Shown: positions 30,648-44,549 of the stretch, piece after piece | Layout of the letters: every line of letters starts with the position of its first letter | How positions within the stretch are numbered: the stretch's first letter is position 1 | Origin: the human T2T-CHM13v2.0 reference genome, Homo sapiens | Assembly: GCF_009914755.1 (NCBI RefSeq) | Contig: NC_060935.1 | DNA: 64,000 nt | Reading direction: 5' to 3' (one strand) | Notes under the pieces: model-generated | Database searches by the model: none | The model's input: the letters and a program-made list of their open reading frames with translations, nothing else | Told to the model about the DNA's origin: nothing | Made by a program: the position numbers and the translations under genes

Positions 30648-30780
30648 CATATATATATATACACACACACATATATACACAGACACACACACACACGCAC
30701 ACATCATAATATATTTAGGTGTTATATATATTTATACATATAATTTATATATATATATATCTCATATATAAATATATAAT
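30648..30780. repeat. (TA)/(CA) low-complexity tract
   Basis: Mixed dinucleotide runs. Confidence 0.85.
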
Positions 30781-31050
30781 TTGGGAGTTAATAGAATAGA
30801 GATGATATTTCATAGGAGTGTATGATGCCACTAAGAGACAAAGCATAGTTGAAATGAAGAGTTTTGAACACAAAGGAATTATAATATACAGAGTCTGTAT
30901 GGAGTAAGAGCCAACAACAACAGAAGAGGGTAGGACCTGTCAATGAGGGAGGATAGAGCCAGGAACAATTTTACTTTTCAAATTTGTACTTGTCACTCCC
31001 TCTCCCAAGAAAACTCTTTTTCAGATTACTCTATGCCTATTTTCCTCAAC

Positions 31051-31357
<307 letters not shown>

Positions 31358-32046
31358 TATTTTCCTGAACTTTTTAGGTCATAGTTCAAGCATTAGCAGC
31401 TTAGTGATACTTTCCTAGACCACTTAATTTCAAATCAATCACACCCAATACTGACACTTCCTACGCCTTTCTCTTTCTAGCACTTAGCAAAATCTAACAT
31501 ATGTATTTTACGGAGTTATTTATAAAATGTTCTGCTGCCATAAGAATATATGACCCAGGAAAGCAGAAATTGTGTTTTTTTTTAAATGCTATATCCCCCA
31601 AACTTAAAATTGGTGCTAAATATATTGATAATGTACCGTAATTTTGTTTTTTGTGAAGCTGAATGGAGCAATTTTATTGGACTATTGGATATTGATATAA
31701 TATTAAAATGGTTTTATGAAAGAATGGGAGCTGGGGAAATGACTGTGCAATCATTTGGTTGGGGTTCATTCTGACATTATAATCAGTGGGGGCACTAACT
31801 TTGACAGGAGTAAGAAAATATGTTTATAATAAAAATTAAAAGATATATATATGATGAATGTAAGGATTGTAGATTTGACTTGAGGAAGATGAGGAATTTT
31901 CTTCATATCTTTAATTTCCTCAATGAGCTCTTCAACTTGGTGTGAGTAAAGCAAGAGTTAGGTTTGTGGGGAAAAAGAAGAAAAAACATCCGATTTACCA
32001 GTCAACCCAGTGAATAATACTTAAAAGGAAAATGTGGTAGTATGGC

Positions 32047-33744
32047 TGTATTCATCTGTTTTTGTGTTGCTATACAGAAATACCAAAGGCTGGGTAATTT
32101 ATAAAGAACAGAGGTTAAATCCTGTTCCACCTGGTTATCACCCCTCCGTGGAACTCAGGAGCTTGGTTGGCAGAAGGAGCAGCAGAGACCAGGCAGTCCA
32201 GCTTTGCAAAGGCTCTTCGTGTGCTGTGACAGGCAGGCATCCGCCAATCACCATCCCTGCTGCCCAGATGCCCAAGAGGAAGGTCAGTTCAGCTGAAAGG
32301 GCAGTAAAGGAATAACTCAAGAGGAGATCTTCATGATTGTCAGCTTAATCTGCTCCTGCAAAAGTGGAAATGAAGCCAAAAAGGCAGCAGGAAAGGATAA
32401 ATCTTCAGACAAACGAATGTAAAGGAGAAAAGGGGAAGAGCAAAGGGAAAATAGGCAAAAATGGCTAAGAAACTAAAAACGATTTACCTGCAGAAAACGA
32501 AGAGAGTAAAACCACGGAGAACCCAGCGTCTGATGAAGCCCGAGACAAAGAAACCAAATCTGATTAATATTATACATAGTGTCTCAACAGTGGTTCCTGT
32601 ATTCCTTCTTGTACAGTCCAGAAGAAGATTTTTATCAACTATTTTATAAACGCAAGTTTGTTAGTAGCTCTCATTTTCAGGAAGGAGGGAATCCTACCTC
32701 ATCCCATTCTTTAAGTGATTTTTTAAGAGGTGAAATTATTTGTCAATTGTTTATTTTTTGGTACAACCAGAAAAAACTCCCATAATATTGAATTATGGGA
32801 GGCTTTGACCATCTTAGGTGTCACCTTAACATTCCATAGAAGGGATTAGTTTTTATAACCTGTAATACAAAGTATACTAAATGGCAACATGGAGTCACAG
32901 TTCTGCATTTAATGTCTTGAACATTTAAAATTATTTCTATTCCCATGTTGTTTTTCAGTTGCATTGTTTCCTAAAGAAAACCACTCCTTGACCATGGCTC
33001 TCCCAGTCAGACTCGTGCACACTCTGTAACATCTTTGGTGTTGGTAGTTGTGTTTTTCTAATAACATTGTTAACGTGCTGTGAAATACTGAAAATCTGAG
33101 TATGTAGTGTATACACTATTCAATTGTGAATTGTTGGTAGTTATGTAACAGCTTATCAACATGTGAAGATGCTGGAACTTGATAGTCTCTTAAGTAAAGT
33201 TTGACTCCAAATTTTAACCAGGAAAATCACTGGAATAACTTTAAAAAATAATTACAATACATGGCTTTTTAGACTTTTGCTATATGTGTTAAGAATTGTG
33301 TACAAAGTGAAATGTCTGTGGACTGATCCTCGACATAACCAATAAAATCTCAATTATGGAAGAAGAAATAAAAAGAAAGGAAAGGAAAAGAAAAGAAAAA
33401 AGAAAAGAGGTTTGATTAGCTCATGGTTCTTCAGGCTGCAGAGGAAACACGGCACTGGTATCTGCTCATCTTCTGCTGAGGCCTCAGTGAGCTTACAATC
33501 ATGGCAGAAGGCAAAGCAGGAGCAGACATTGTCATATGGTGAGAGCAGGAACCAGAGACAGAAGGGGGAGGCCCCAGACTCTTTGAAACAACCAAATTTT
33601 GAAGGAACTAAATGAGTGAGGCCTCACTTATCACCAAGGGGATGGTGCTCCTACAAACTAATACCTCCCATCATGCCCCACCTCCAACATGGGGATTACA
33701 TTTTAACAAGAGATTTGGAAGGGACAACCATTCAAATCATATCA
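32047..33744 (-). mobile_element. MST (MSTA/MSTB-like, ERVL-MaLR) solo LTR split by the HMGN1 retrocopy
   Basis: The left part tgtattcatctg...ctgggtaatttataaagaacagaggtt resumes at 33399 as aaagaaaagaggtttgattagctcatggttc...caaatcatatca. 5-bp TSD atggc/gtggc. Confidence 0.85.
32117..33398 (+). pseudogene. HMGN1 (HMG-14) processed pseudogene, near full-length mRNA copy
   Basis: ATG at 32268 gives MPKRKVSSAERAVKE*LKRRSS*LSA*SAPAKVEMKPK, with further frameshifts, ending ETKSD-TAA at 32567. No introns. About 150 nt of 5' UTR and a long 3' UTR, AATAAA at 33341-33346 and a degenerate A/G tail. 14-bp TSD aaagaa(c/a)agaggtt at 32103-32116 and 33399-33412. Confidence 0.93.
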
Positions 33745-34508
33745 GTGGCCAAGCAGTGTGGATCTTCTATGTGAGTGTTGTCATTTCAGATTTAAAATGT
33801 GAAGAACCAATCGGTTTATATCAGTATCACCAATTTTGCTATGTTGCTTGAGTGCAATCAAAGAGAAGGTAATGCCTGTTCAGCTAGATGGATTTTGCTA
33901 GTTAAATGGGGAAAACTTAAGAGGGATGTTAAAAGCATGCACATATATATCCTTTCTTCACAAGTAATTATAATGGTAAAACTAAAACATGGAATCTGTG
34001 TTGGGCAAGGAGGCAAGTTAAGACAGAGGAGACTGAAAGATGGAAAAAGTTATGAATGTGAAGAATGATACCTTGCTATAAAGTCAAAGAATTGTGGCAG
34101 TGAAAAGACAAAATACATTATTTTCATGTACTCAGTCCTTAAGCCATTATCTTACTGTTCATCATTTCTTTTTATCACATTCCTAGGAAGATTCCTCCTA
34201 CTGGCCTCTGTATCAGTTAATAAGCTTGTAGTGTATCCAATTAACCTGGGAGTATCCAAGCAAAACAACCAATGGTTGCAAAGTACATCTTAAAAGTCTG
34301 TGCGTATATTATGGGTGGTCTGGGTAGACTCTTAATTCTGAAGGTTATTTCAGAGACGTAGCAGTTTAATACAGAATCAGAGAGAAAGTGATGTGGAGTT
34401 TGGAAGGGAAACGTCAAGCCTGAATAGCCTGATTTTAGATTTCATTCAGAACAATGATGAAAAATACTACTAAAATAGACACAGTCAGGGAGTTTTCAGG
34501 CTTCATTA

Positions 34509-34869
<361 letters not shown>

Positions 34870-37800
34870 AGAATTATTCACAAACTATTTTAGTTTTTAA
34901 TGTGTCTAACTATAAAGCTAAATCTCTTGGGAATAACCACATAGATGTAAGGTATGCTTATGTAATTTGAATTATAGAAAAAAGAATGATTTGATTTTCT
35001 AAACCAACTGACATATTAGAACCAAAATAAAACTTAATAAAATAAAAACAAGTCTTAATCTAGATAAGTGTTTGTCTAATCCACCAGCAACACACATATA
35101 CACATTCATTCTCTCTCTCTCTCTCTCATACGTTAACACGGGAATATTAGATTATCAGGGATATTTCTTTGCTTTAGCGTCTTTGGAGGGGAAAGGGACA
35201 ACACAGGAAGCAAACATGAAATGGTCATTTTTGGACAAGCACAGAGTTAAACTTATATTTATAACTATATTTTGCTAAAAATTAGCTTAATAATCAATGC
35301 AATATTGAACAATTTTCTCTTTTCTACAAATTAAAAATATTTCTTTCCTTAGCTACTTTTTCTCTTATGTGTTAAAGCATTATCCAAATTATAATTTCCA
35401 TGTGTATCTGGACAAGGTTCTTAAATATACTAAATCAGAAAAAAAAAAAACAGGATTACGGAGGAGTAACATGCTTTGACATATTTTTGTGTGTATATGT
35501 GCCATGGCATTAATTAGTTTGCACTGACATTACCTTAGAGTCAAGAATATGTCAGTGAGTGGAATTTAAATTCTCTCATGTATATGCATATATATGCAAG
35601 AATATATATATATATATATGAGAGAACTTAAATAAGTGCTCCATGATATTACAACTGTTGTTACAGAACCATAAGTTCAAATTCATACATATACTAACAT
35701 TTCAAAATGCTATATTTGCAAAATTGCTATCAAATTTTGTGTTGAATAGAGAGACATAAGGATCATCTAATTCTGTAAACTTTCTGAAAACAAAAAGTTA
35801 AAGCTGACTCTAAAGTAGCACTCATAGTACAGATATGACTTATCTATAGTCCCAGGCTCTCTTCAAATACATTAAACTTGAAATAAAACCTTCAGGCAGA
35901 TTTATTGCTTACATTATTGGATTACCACAAATGCCTTGGGCTCATACATCTTTAGAATGAGCAGCCATGTCTGTCTACAAATATGAACACACACACATAC
36001 ACACATTTACTTGAACAATAAATCTTGAAAGTAAAAGCTCTCAGTATACATCCAAGACTCTTTTGGGGTATTTTTTTTTCATTCTTTTTTTTCTTGAAAA
36101 ACAGTTGATTTAGTAAGAAAATCTTCACTTGAGCTCCAATACCAAAGATAGTAAAGTTTTTTAAAACCTGTCTTCCTACAACTACATTTGTTCTTTTTAT
36201 ATTTTTTATTTCTAAAAGGTTGTTCTTGCCTCTTTAAAAAGAAATCATGAAAGAGAAGTGAAAAGAGAAAAATAGAAGGAGAAAGTAAGAGGATGTGTAG
36301 GGAAACATTTCAAAATCACCTTTTATTTGACTTTAATTTTTTCTCTAACATTATTATTTGGTAGAAAACAAAATCAATCGAGGTTTTAAGATTAACAGTC
36401 AAGTAATAAGATTTATGAAATTCCGGAACAGTATATAGTGTTCTAAGATGTGAGAATGGGGGATTTGGTTTCAATGCTGCTGAAATTAGACTTTCCTCTG
36501 TACATTTATTGATGCACATTGATAATAAAGGAAGCAGCTGTGCCTGTTGAAAACCACCATTTGAAGTAGCAATTTGGTGGCAGAAGATGACATGTGAATT
36601 TCCCAGGCTTCAGAACAGAAAGTTGGGGACAGAAGCTGAACAACTGCAATTACCATATTGCAAATGACCTCTGCTAGTTGGAATGCTGCCCACAGCCACT
36701 ACAACTCACCTTGATTAATAAACATTTCCTACAGTGCCTGGACTGCTAAAAAGTGACATTTTACATTTTCAAGATTGGCTATTAATTTAATCTATGTAAA
36801 CATCACTCATAATCTGTGATGCACATTCCCATATTTCAAATAAAAATGACATGCAAATTGAAAATATGACAAACCGGCTACTCAAAATTCCAGCAATGGA
36901 AAATATGTGCTCATAGCGCTAAAAAAGAAAAAAAAAAAAAAGGTGTGTCTGAAGCTTCTCCCTGCCTATTTAGAAAGCATTGAGTGACAGCTTAAACTAG
37001 GGCTTGTAACGCCCAGGGTGAGACTACCTATGAGGGCAATGAAAAAATTTTCACTGTGAGCTGTGCAGTGACTTCTACTTGATACTTCTTTCCCATATCA
37101 AGGAAGGAATAGTCGTATTCTAAGGTGCATAAAATTACCTCGAAGCTGATGCCTCCATTTTATAATATGCTTTTAAGAAGAAGATAATAATGAAGATGAT
37201 AATTTCCATTTTTTCTCATATATTGGCTAGGTGTGGGGTGGATAAAAATGATAAAACTGCATAACGTTTATTGAATGCCAGGAGCTCGTTACTTATGTTG
37301 TTATAACAGAAATGCTAGCTATGTGGGAGGTGACAAAACCTCTCATCTTGTCTTTCACTTGTATTTTTAAAAACTTTTTAGTCTCTATCTCACCCCCTGG
37401 GAAGAAGCAAATCCAGTGTCTATTTCCTGTTAGTAGCACCCGCATTCCATCTCGGCTAATAATGTTAAAATTCCTTTTTCCAACCAAATTCTGCATTCTG
37501 CCCTTGTTTCCATTCTCTTCCTGTGCGGCCTTCTCTCAGTTGTCTAATATCTCCTGTGTAGAGAGCCCAGATTAAAGTGCAGCCTAAACTACCATAAAAT
37601 GGCTGTCAGAATTGATGGATAATGATGAGGGTGGGACGCGAAGGTGCAAATTGAAATCTCGTTTAAAATGTAATACCTTAGGAGTCAGCCTTATTTTTGA
37701 ACGTTTCAGTCTTAATCTACTGGTAGATATTTCCCATGTTCCAAGTTTCTTTTCATTAATATCTGGTTTTTCACCATTTGCTGAGTAATATATTTCCCTC

Positions 37801-38454
37801 CTCAGATCTCTTTATTTTTTATTCCCTTTTCTGTCATCTCCACCATAATAACTCCTTCAGGGAACCTCTCTCTTCTCCTTCTTGATTTCTGGAAATAAGT
37901 AAATCGATTAAAGCACCATTTGTTTCTATAGCACTGTGATCTGGGGTTCATCTTTACACATCCAAATAGTTAATCAAAGCATTTGCTAAAAATAAAAAAA
38001 AAAAAAAGAAAGGAAAAAGAGAGGTGAAGAAAAGAGAGAAGAAAAAAGTATATATAACTATTTACTCATTCTTCTTCCTTGTCCCATTTTACTAAAGTAT
38101 GTACAACAGTCCTTTGATTTTTATATTTGAAATTTAGAAATATCTCTAAATTTCAAACATAAAAATGAGCCTCTAAGATGTTAATTATGCAGCCTAAGTC
38201 ACAGAGCTACTAACATCCAAAGCTTATATTCAAATCTATTCTGTAAAGCCAGAGCTCACTCTTTCTATCTCTCTCTCTCTCTCTCATTCTGTGTGTGCGT
38301 GTGTGTGTGTGTGTGTGCATGTGTGTGTCTTTATAATATTTTAGGCCAAATGCACCATGAAGACTACCAGTCTTAAAGATATCATGTGAAAAACACAGAA
38401 AAGCTTAACAGTTGTCAAATGTTGTTAGATGGACAACTAAAAAAAAATTAGGGG

Positions 38455-39360
38455 GTATTAATGTACTCCAGAGATACTAGAACTCTTAGATATGATGAGA
38501 ATTGGCTCACATGGTTCTGGCGTCTGAGAAGTCTCACAATCTGCCATGTACAAGCTGGAGAATCAAGAAATCCAGTGGTGTAATTTAGTCTGAGTCCAAA
38601 GGCAAGACAACCAGAAGTACCAGAGTCCAAGGGCAGGAGAAGGTGGGTCTCTCAGCTCAAAAAAAGAGAGTGAATTTGCCTTTCTGCCTTTTTGTTTTAT
38701 TAGCCCTCTGAATTTGATGATACTCACCAACATTGGTAAGGGTTGTTATATATAAAGTTTCGGTACCGCAAAAGAAATAGCACTCGAATATAAAATTTTC
38801 TTTTTAATTCTCAGCAAGGCAAGGTACTTCTATGTAGAAGGGTGCACCCTTACAGATGGAATAATGATGAGTACAAACTTGGACAAGGAAGGGGAAGGGG
38901 TTCTTATCTCTGACGCACGTGGCCCCTGCTGCAGTGTCATTCCCCCATTGGCTAGGGTTAGACCACACAGGCTAAACTAATTCTGACTGGCTAATTTAAA
39001 GAGAATGACAGGGTGAGTGCTTTGGAGGGAGTCAGGGCAGAGCAGGTAGCAGGTAATTGGAATGAGGGTGGAGCAGGTGATTGGAATGTAGGGTGGAGCA
39101 GGTGATCGAAAAAGTTGCTTTAGGAGGAAGTTAAGTTTAAAAGTAGAAGGCAAAAAATTGAAAATACTGACATATTAATTCTTTGAAAAGAAATTTGGAA
39201 CTCATATCCAACAGGGTGAATATTCTTTCCTCAGCCTACTGATTCAAATACTAATCTCTTCCACAAGAAAACCTCATAGTCACACTCAATGATAATGCTT
39301 TATCAGCTATCTGGGCATCTCTTAGCCCAGTCAAATCAACACACAAAATCAACCATTAGA
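38455..39360 (-). mobile_element. MLT2 (ERVL) LTR interrupted by LTR10
   Basis: gaattggctcacatg...gagaagtctcacaatctgcc...tatcagctatctgggcatctcttagcccagtcaa...aaccat. Confidence 0.85.
38744..39213 (-). mobile_element. LTR10 (LTR10F/A-like, HERV-I/HERVIP10) solo LTR
   Basis: tgttatatataaagtttcggt.ccgcaaaagaaatagcactcg ... gaaatttggaactcatatccaaca. Perfect 4-bp TSD gggt. Short internal agggtggagcaggt repeat. Confidence 0.8.
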
Positions 39361-39574
39361 AAGAGTCATCTGGATTGATTAAATAACCTCATTTATCAAA
39401 ATTTTTATAGTCTTTTCTCCCCACATTTTTAACAAATGCCTCTTGTATATCATTATTGCCAATGTTGCCCCGAAAAGCAGATTCTTCAGTTTTGGTTCAA
39501 TTCAACTTATGCTGGCAGACTCTGTGTGCTGGGGTTATACTAGGCACAGCGAGTATAGTGCAAAGGTAAAACAC

Positions 39575-39775
39575 GCTCTCACAGACCCACTTCTTGTAGG
39601 CCTATAAGAATCACCTGAAATGCTTATGAAAACCTGGATTTCTTGGTTCTTCACCCCCACAAGAGATTCTTATTCAGAAGCCCAAAGTATGATTCAAGAA
39701 TTCATATTTCTGCCAAGTTGCCAGACAATGATGATACTGCTGGAACTCAGAACGCATGATGAATAACAGTGCTCT
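39575..39775. mobile_element. MER5A (hAT-Charlie)
   Basis: agaatcacctgaaatgcttatgaaaa...agagattcttattcag...gaattcatatttct.ccaagtt. Confidence 0.7.
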
Positions 39776-41864
39776 AGAGGATGTTTTTGCAATAATTAGG
39801 ATGAGTTCAGATGTAATTACCTAAAAGCCTGACAGAGAATTAAAATTAAAAACCCTGTATAAGATCACATAACAAAAAGTCTGCATGTTGGAGCTTTTAG
39901 AGCTGGTCCACAGCCCAGCTCTATCATTAATTACCAAAGCTGTTTTCACACTTTAAATTACCCAGCTCCATCAAGCTATCACCTATCTTAGGGACTGGTG
40001 TGTCATGTTTCTGAAATGATTGTCACATCTAGAAGTAGAAAGAGTTAAGCAAAGAAGAGGATTTTCAGTTCAGCAAAATATTTCTGTCTTTATCTCTATT
40101 TGTGATAGAGAATAAAACATTCCTGAACATGTGGGAGACTTCCTATCTTTTATGGTCTGGATTTATCACAGGACTTGAAGCTGAGAAATTATATATGCGG
40201 CATTTTCAAATAGTAATGTGTACAGTTTCTACCAGTAAGGGAGAAGAATAAGGCTAATGATTAGGTTACCAACTATATTCAGAATATTATAGAAAAATAT
40301 AAAGAGAATATGTTTATTTAAATTGGGCCTACACATCATTCTCAAGGAGAGTGTATACAAAGACATGGGGTTATAAAAGAGTACAGAGTATTCAGGAAAT
40401 GGAATAAAAGGTATTTTTAAAATATATGGATTTGATAGAACTACAGAGTATATGGAAGGAAATTGTCAAGGAGAAGCTAAAAGAGAAAGGGCAGATACAA
40501 TTTCTGGCAATTGTATTTACATTTTGTAGTTATCATATGCCTATTTAGTGCAAAATTATTGTTTAAGGCTATGATTGAGGAATTCCATTTCAAATTTTCC
40601 AGGAATAATTAGAAGAACTCTTTTTGGATATAAACTTTATTTGCTAATGGGATCTCAATAAATAATAATAATCTGAGATAGCACATAACTCTACTGATAA
40701 AGAGGAATGTATACAGCCTTCCATTGCACCTTTATTCTTTCTGCCAGTGTCATCGTTTTTGTATTGGGGCCTCAAAAGCAATCAAAAAAGAGAAACCAGG
40801 AATTGCAGGGATAATATAATCAGGTGGTTCTTTCTGTTCACCAGCAGTGAGTTTGTAGACAGGAGCTCATGGATGAAAAAGTTAACTTTGGTGTCTGCCT
40901 TTCTCAGCTGTTTATCAGATCCTTAGAACAAGAGAAATTTAAATAAACATGAACCAGGATTCAATCCTCCTGTTACATGCTCCCACTTTGGAAAGTTATA
41001 GAAATGTGCTCCTCTGATGAGATCCTTTTTATTTGCCCTCAACTTAACTATAATTATCATTTGCTGGAACCAGACCCACTTAACATTTTAATAAGTGCTT
41101 GTCAGTGTCTTCAGTAGTGAAAGTGAAAATCAGTGGGGTGGAATTTCTGAACCACGGTGATATTCTCAAAGGAAAAAAATTAACATAAATGAGAGGTGGT
41201 GATTTTATTATTCTAAAGGTGCCTCTGGAGTTGCCCTCTGTAGAATCTGAGATATCATGTAGGTCTTAGAGCTTTTCCCCCTTCTTTTAGAGTTTTTCTC
41301 TGGCTAGATACAGTTTGCAGAATGGCAGAATCTGAAACCACTCAGCATAAAAGGCTTGCAAAATCAATATTGCTCCTATCAGTCACCAAGCAGAAGATTC
41401 ATTTCACACATCAAACAGAATGCAAAGCCATGGATTCTTGTACTCCTAGTGAAATGGGTTTCTGTATAGATACATGAAGTTAATAAAAAAACTAACACAT
41501 TGATCGTATATTGACAGGGCTATTTTTCTCTGTGATTAATGGTCTCACATTCTGTGCCAATACAATAGCAAGCTCTTCTGAATTTTTCTACTGCTTTCTG
41601 AAAGCAGCCTAGCCACAATTTCTCTGTCATGAATTTCTTTAATCACAACAAATTTCTACTACTTGAATTATCCATTAAGAGTATTATATATCACAACCCC
41701 CATCTTGTAACCAGTGAACTTAATACATGTCTTCAGTGTAAATTTATCACATTTTTTTTGCAATTATGTATTTGTTTCTATCATACTTTAAATGAAAAAC
41801 TTTATGAAGTCAGGCACAATGTTTTAGTCATTTCTGATATTCAAGCATAGCTCAAAATCTGGCG

Positions 41865-42007
41865 AGAAGAAATAAGAGACAAAGAGAAAGGAAAGAAAGA
41901 AGGAAGGAAGGATGGAAGGCAGGAAGGGAGGAAGGAAGGAAAGGAGGGAGGGAGGGGAGGGGAGGAAAGAAAGAAGGGAGGGAGGTAGAGAGGGGGAAAA
42001 AAGAAAA
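41865..42007. repeat. Polypurine (GGAA/GGAG) tract
   Basis: About 140 nt of almost pure A/G. Confidence 0.9.
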
Positions 42008-42158
42008 CACTGATATGCTTAATCAGCTTTAATGAAGAAGAAATGCTAGCATCTAAAGGGGGAACTGGCAATAAAATAGCTCCATATCCTTCAAGGGCAA
42101 GCCAGAATTCCAATTCCATGTTTAATACAGAAAGCATTGCTTTAATAAGGATTTTCTG

Positions 42159-42508
<350 letters not shown>

Positions 42509-43020
42509 TCAGGGGAGTCATGCAGTGACTGCCTGGCTGTGAAAGATGATTATGCGGATGGAGTTGTCTCGCTCAACGTATCTCTTCTTGAGCGTGTTTA
42601 CTTTTAAAAATCTAGAAATTCCCTTTTCAGTTACTATTTAAAATTTGTAATTTGATTTCTTTATACACACACCGTCACACATACAACACATAATTTTATA
42701 TAAAGGCAACGTAGTTTTTTCCCTAATTTTTTGCCTTTCCCTCTCATAAATTCCCTCTATTTGCAGCCCTTCTCTGCCCTCTGTTAAATCAGTCTCTTTC
42801 AAATTTTTCCCCTTACTAACATAATTGTATATAGGCATAAACAAGCACAAACACATATGTATATACTCCTAGAACCTTATTCATTATGACTAGCTTTTAT
42901 AAATGCACCAAACTTTTGATTATTTTTCTTCTCTCTCAAAAGTGCCACACAGAAATTCCTCCAAGTCATGTGGTGTACTCTGATTGATGTATTATTTCAC
43001 CTTAGTATACCATAGCGTGT

Positions 43021-43763
43021 TGTCAAAGAAAATCAAAGCAGAATAGCAGTTAAAAAGGTAAAGACAAATAGTATTCAGGAACTATTGAAATAGGAGGAAA
43101 GAGACCTTGTTATAAACTGTGCTTAATTTGGCTGGACTCAGTTGCTCACACCTGGAATCCCAGCACTTTGGGAGATTGAGGCAGGGAGATCGCTTGAGCT
43201 CAGGAGTTCAAGACAAGCTTGGGCAACATGGTGAGACCCCATCTCTGTAAAAAATTAGCCAGGCATGGTGGCATGCACCCGTGGTCTCAGCTACTCACAT
43301 ACTCAGTAGGCTAAGGCATGAGGACAGCTTGAGCCCAGAAAGTCGAGGCTATATCACTCCACTGCACTTCAGCCTGAGTGACAGAGTGAGATCCTGCCTA
43401 AAAAAAAAAATGTACTGAGATTAATTCCCAACACATCATCATCAAGTGAGGATTTGCAGCTAAGGAACAGGATGAAGATCTGTGATACAAAATTACTAGG
43501 AGAAAGCATCAGGGTTAAAAGGGATTCTGGCTAACCTACCAGGGCACTTAGATATGCCCTGGGTGATGTGGGGGATAAGAAATTTGATCAGATATGGAGG
43601 GTGATCAAATATTGAGGGTGGAGGTTTTGGTTAATGACTTAGCAAGATTTTTTTTATGACTAGGTAATGCAGGCCATGGACAGATTACCATATTTGGGGC
43701 ATAATTGAGAAAGGGGCTTAGAAGAGCCTGACTAAAATTTGGCCAAGAAGACAGTCTTTGTCA
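43021..43763 (-). mobile_element. MER31-like ERV1 LTR interrupted by AluJ
   Basis: The - strand starts TGACAAAGACTGTCTTCTTGGCCAAATTTTAGTCAGGCTC. Approximate TSD gtgt/atgt. Confidence 0.7.
43130..43410 (+). mobile_element. AluJ
   Basis: cttgagctcaggagttcaagac and gagcccagaaagtcgaggct. Confidence 0.9.
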
Positions 43764-44549
43764 ATGTATTCAGCATAATTTATTCAGACCTCTTATTTTC
43801 TTTCCAAATATTTTTATCTATGATTAATGCTGCTTTAAACTTATTGTATTAAGGGCTAGAACTTCTACAGATAGATTCCTAGGTATGGGATTGGTAGGGG
43901 AAGAGTTATATATTTTTAACTTGAAACCATCTTGTCAAAAGTCCTCTAATGCCACAATCTTTGACTACGTATGTGAGAGACCTTACTTCCCCAGAAGAGA
44001 CTTTTCTAGACATCTTTAGTGAGGGACACAACTAATTCTGCCACACATCTACAATGTCTCTGGGAGATTCTCTTAGTTTGCATTAGCAGACCTTGAAAGA
44101 AAAATATGCAAATATCCCGGTGGTCACATTGAGTGTTGGCTCTGATACAAAGAAATGTGTCTGAACAAGAGTGACTTCAGATAGCATAGAAGTCACTTAA
44201 CAAAATTATTTATGGCTTTGTTCTAAGTCACAGAAATTTTTATAGTTTCATGATTTTCTTGTGGGCAGGTATTGAAAATGTTTCCCAGGAAAAAACTACC
44301 TGTGTCATCATTTTAATACCCTAGCGAAACCGAATCGAAGTCACTCTTATTCAGTCTCCTTGATTGTGAATTAATAGGAATCTATACCTTGGAATGCCTT
44401 TGTCAACTGGGGGGAGAACAATTTAAATCTTTCTTTTTGATGTTTATTTGGATTGAAAATGTGCTTATATAGTAAGTCCTTCATATCTATGGGTCCAACC
44501 ATCCAAAGATCAGAAATATGGCAAAAAATAGAAAATAAAAGTTAATACA

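Noticed and set aside
32034-32649. ORFs of 93, 60 and 62 aa around the HMGN1 copy as functional proteins
   Set aside because: They are chance frames across LTR/UTR sequence and a CDS with multiple stops and frameshifts.
36480-37140. Repeat-poor stretch as a possible conserved enhancer (similar impression at about 58650-58810)
   Set aside because: Conservation and chromatin state cannot be judged from this sequence alone, and no specific motif cluster is convincing.
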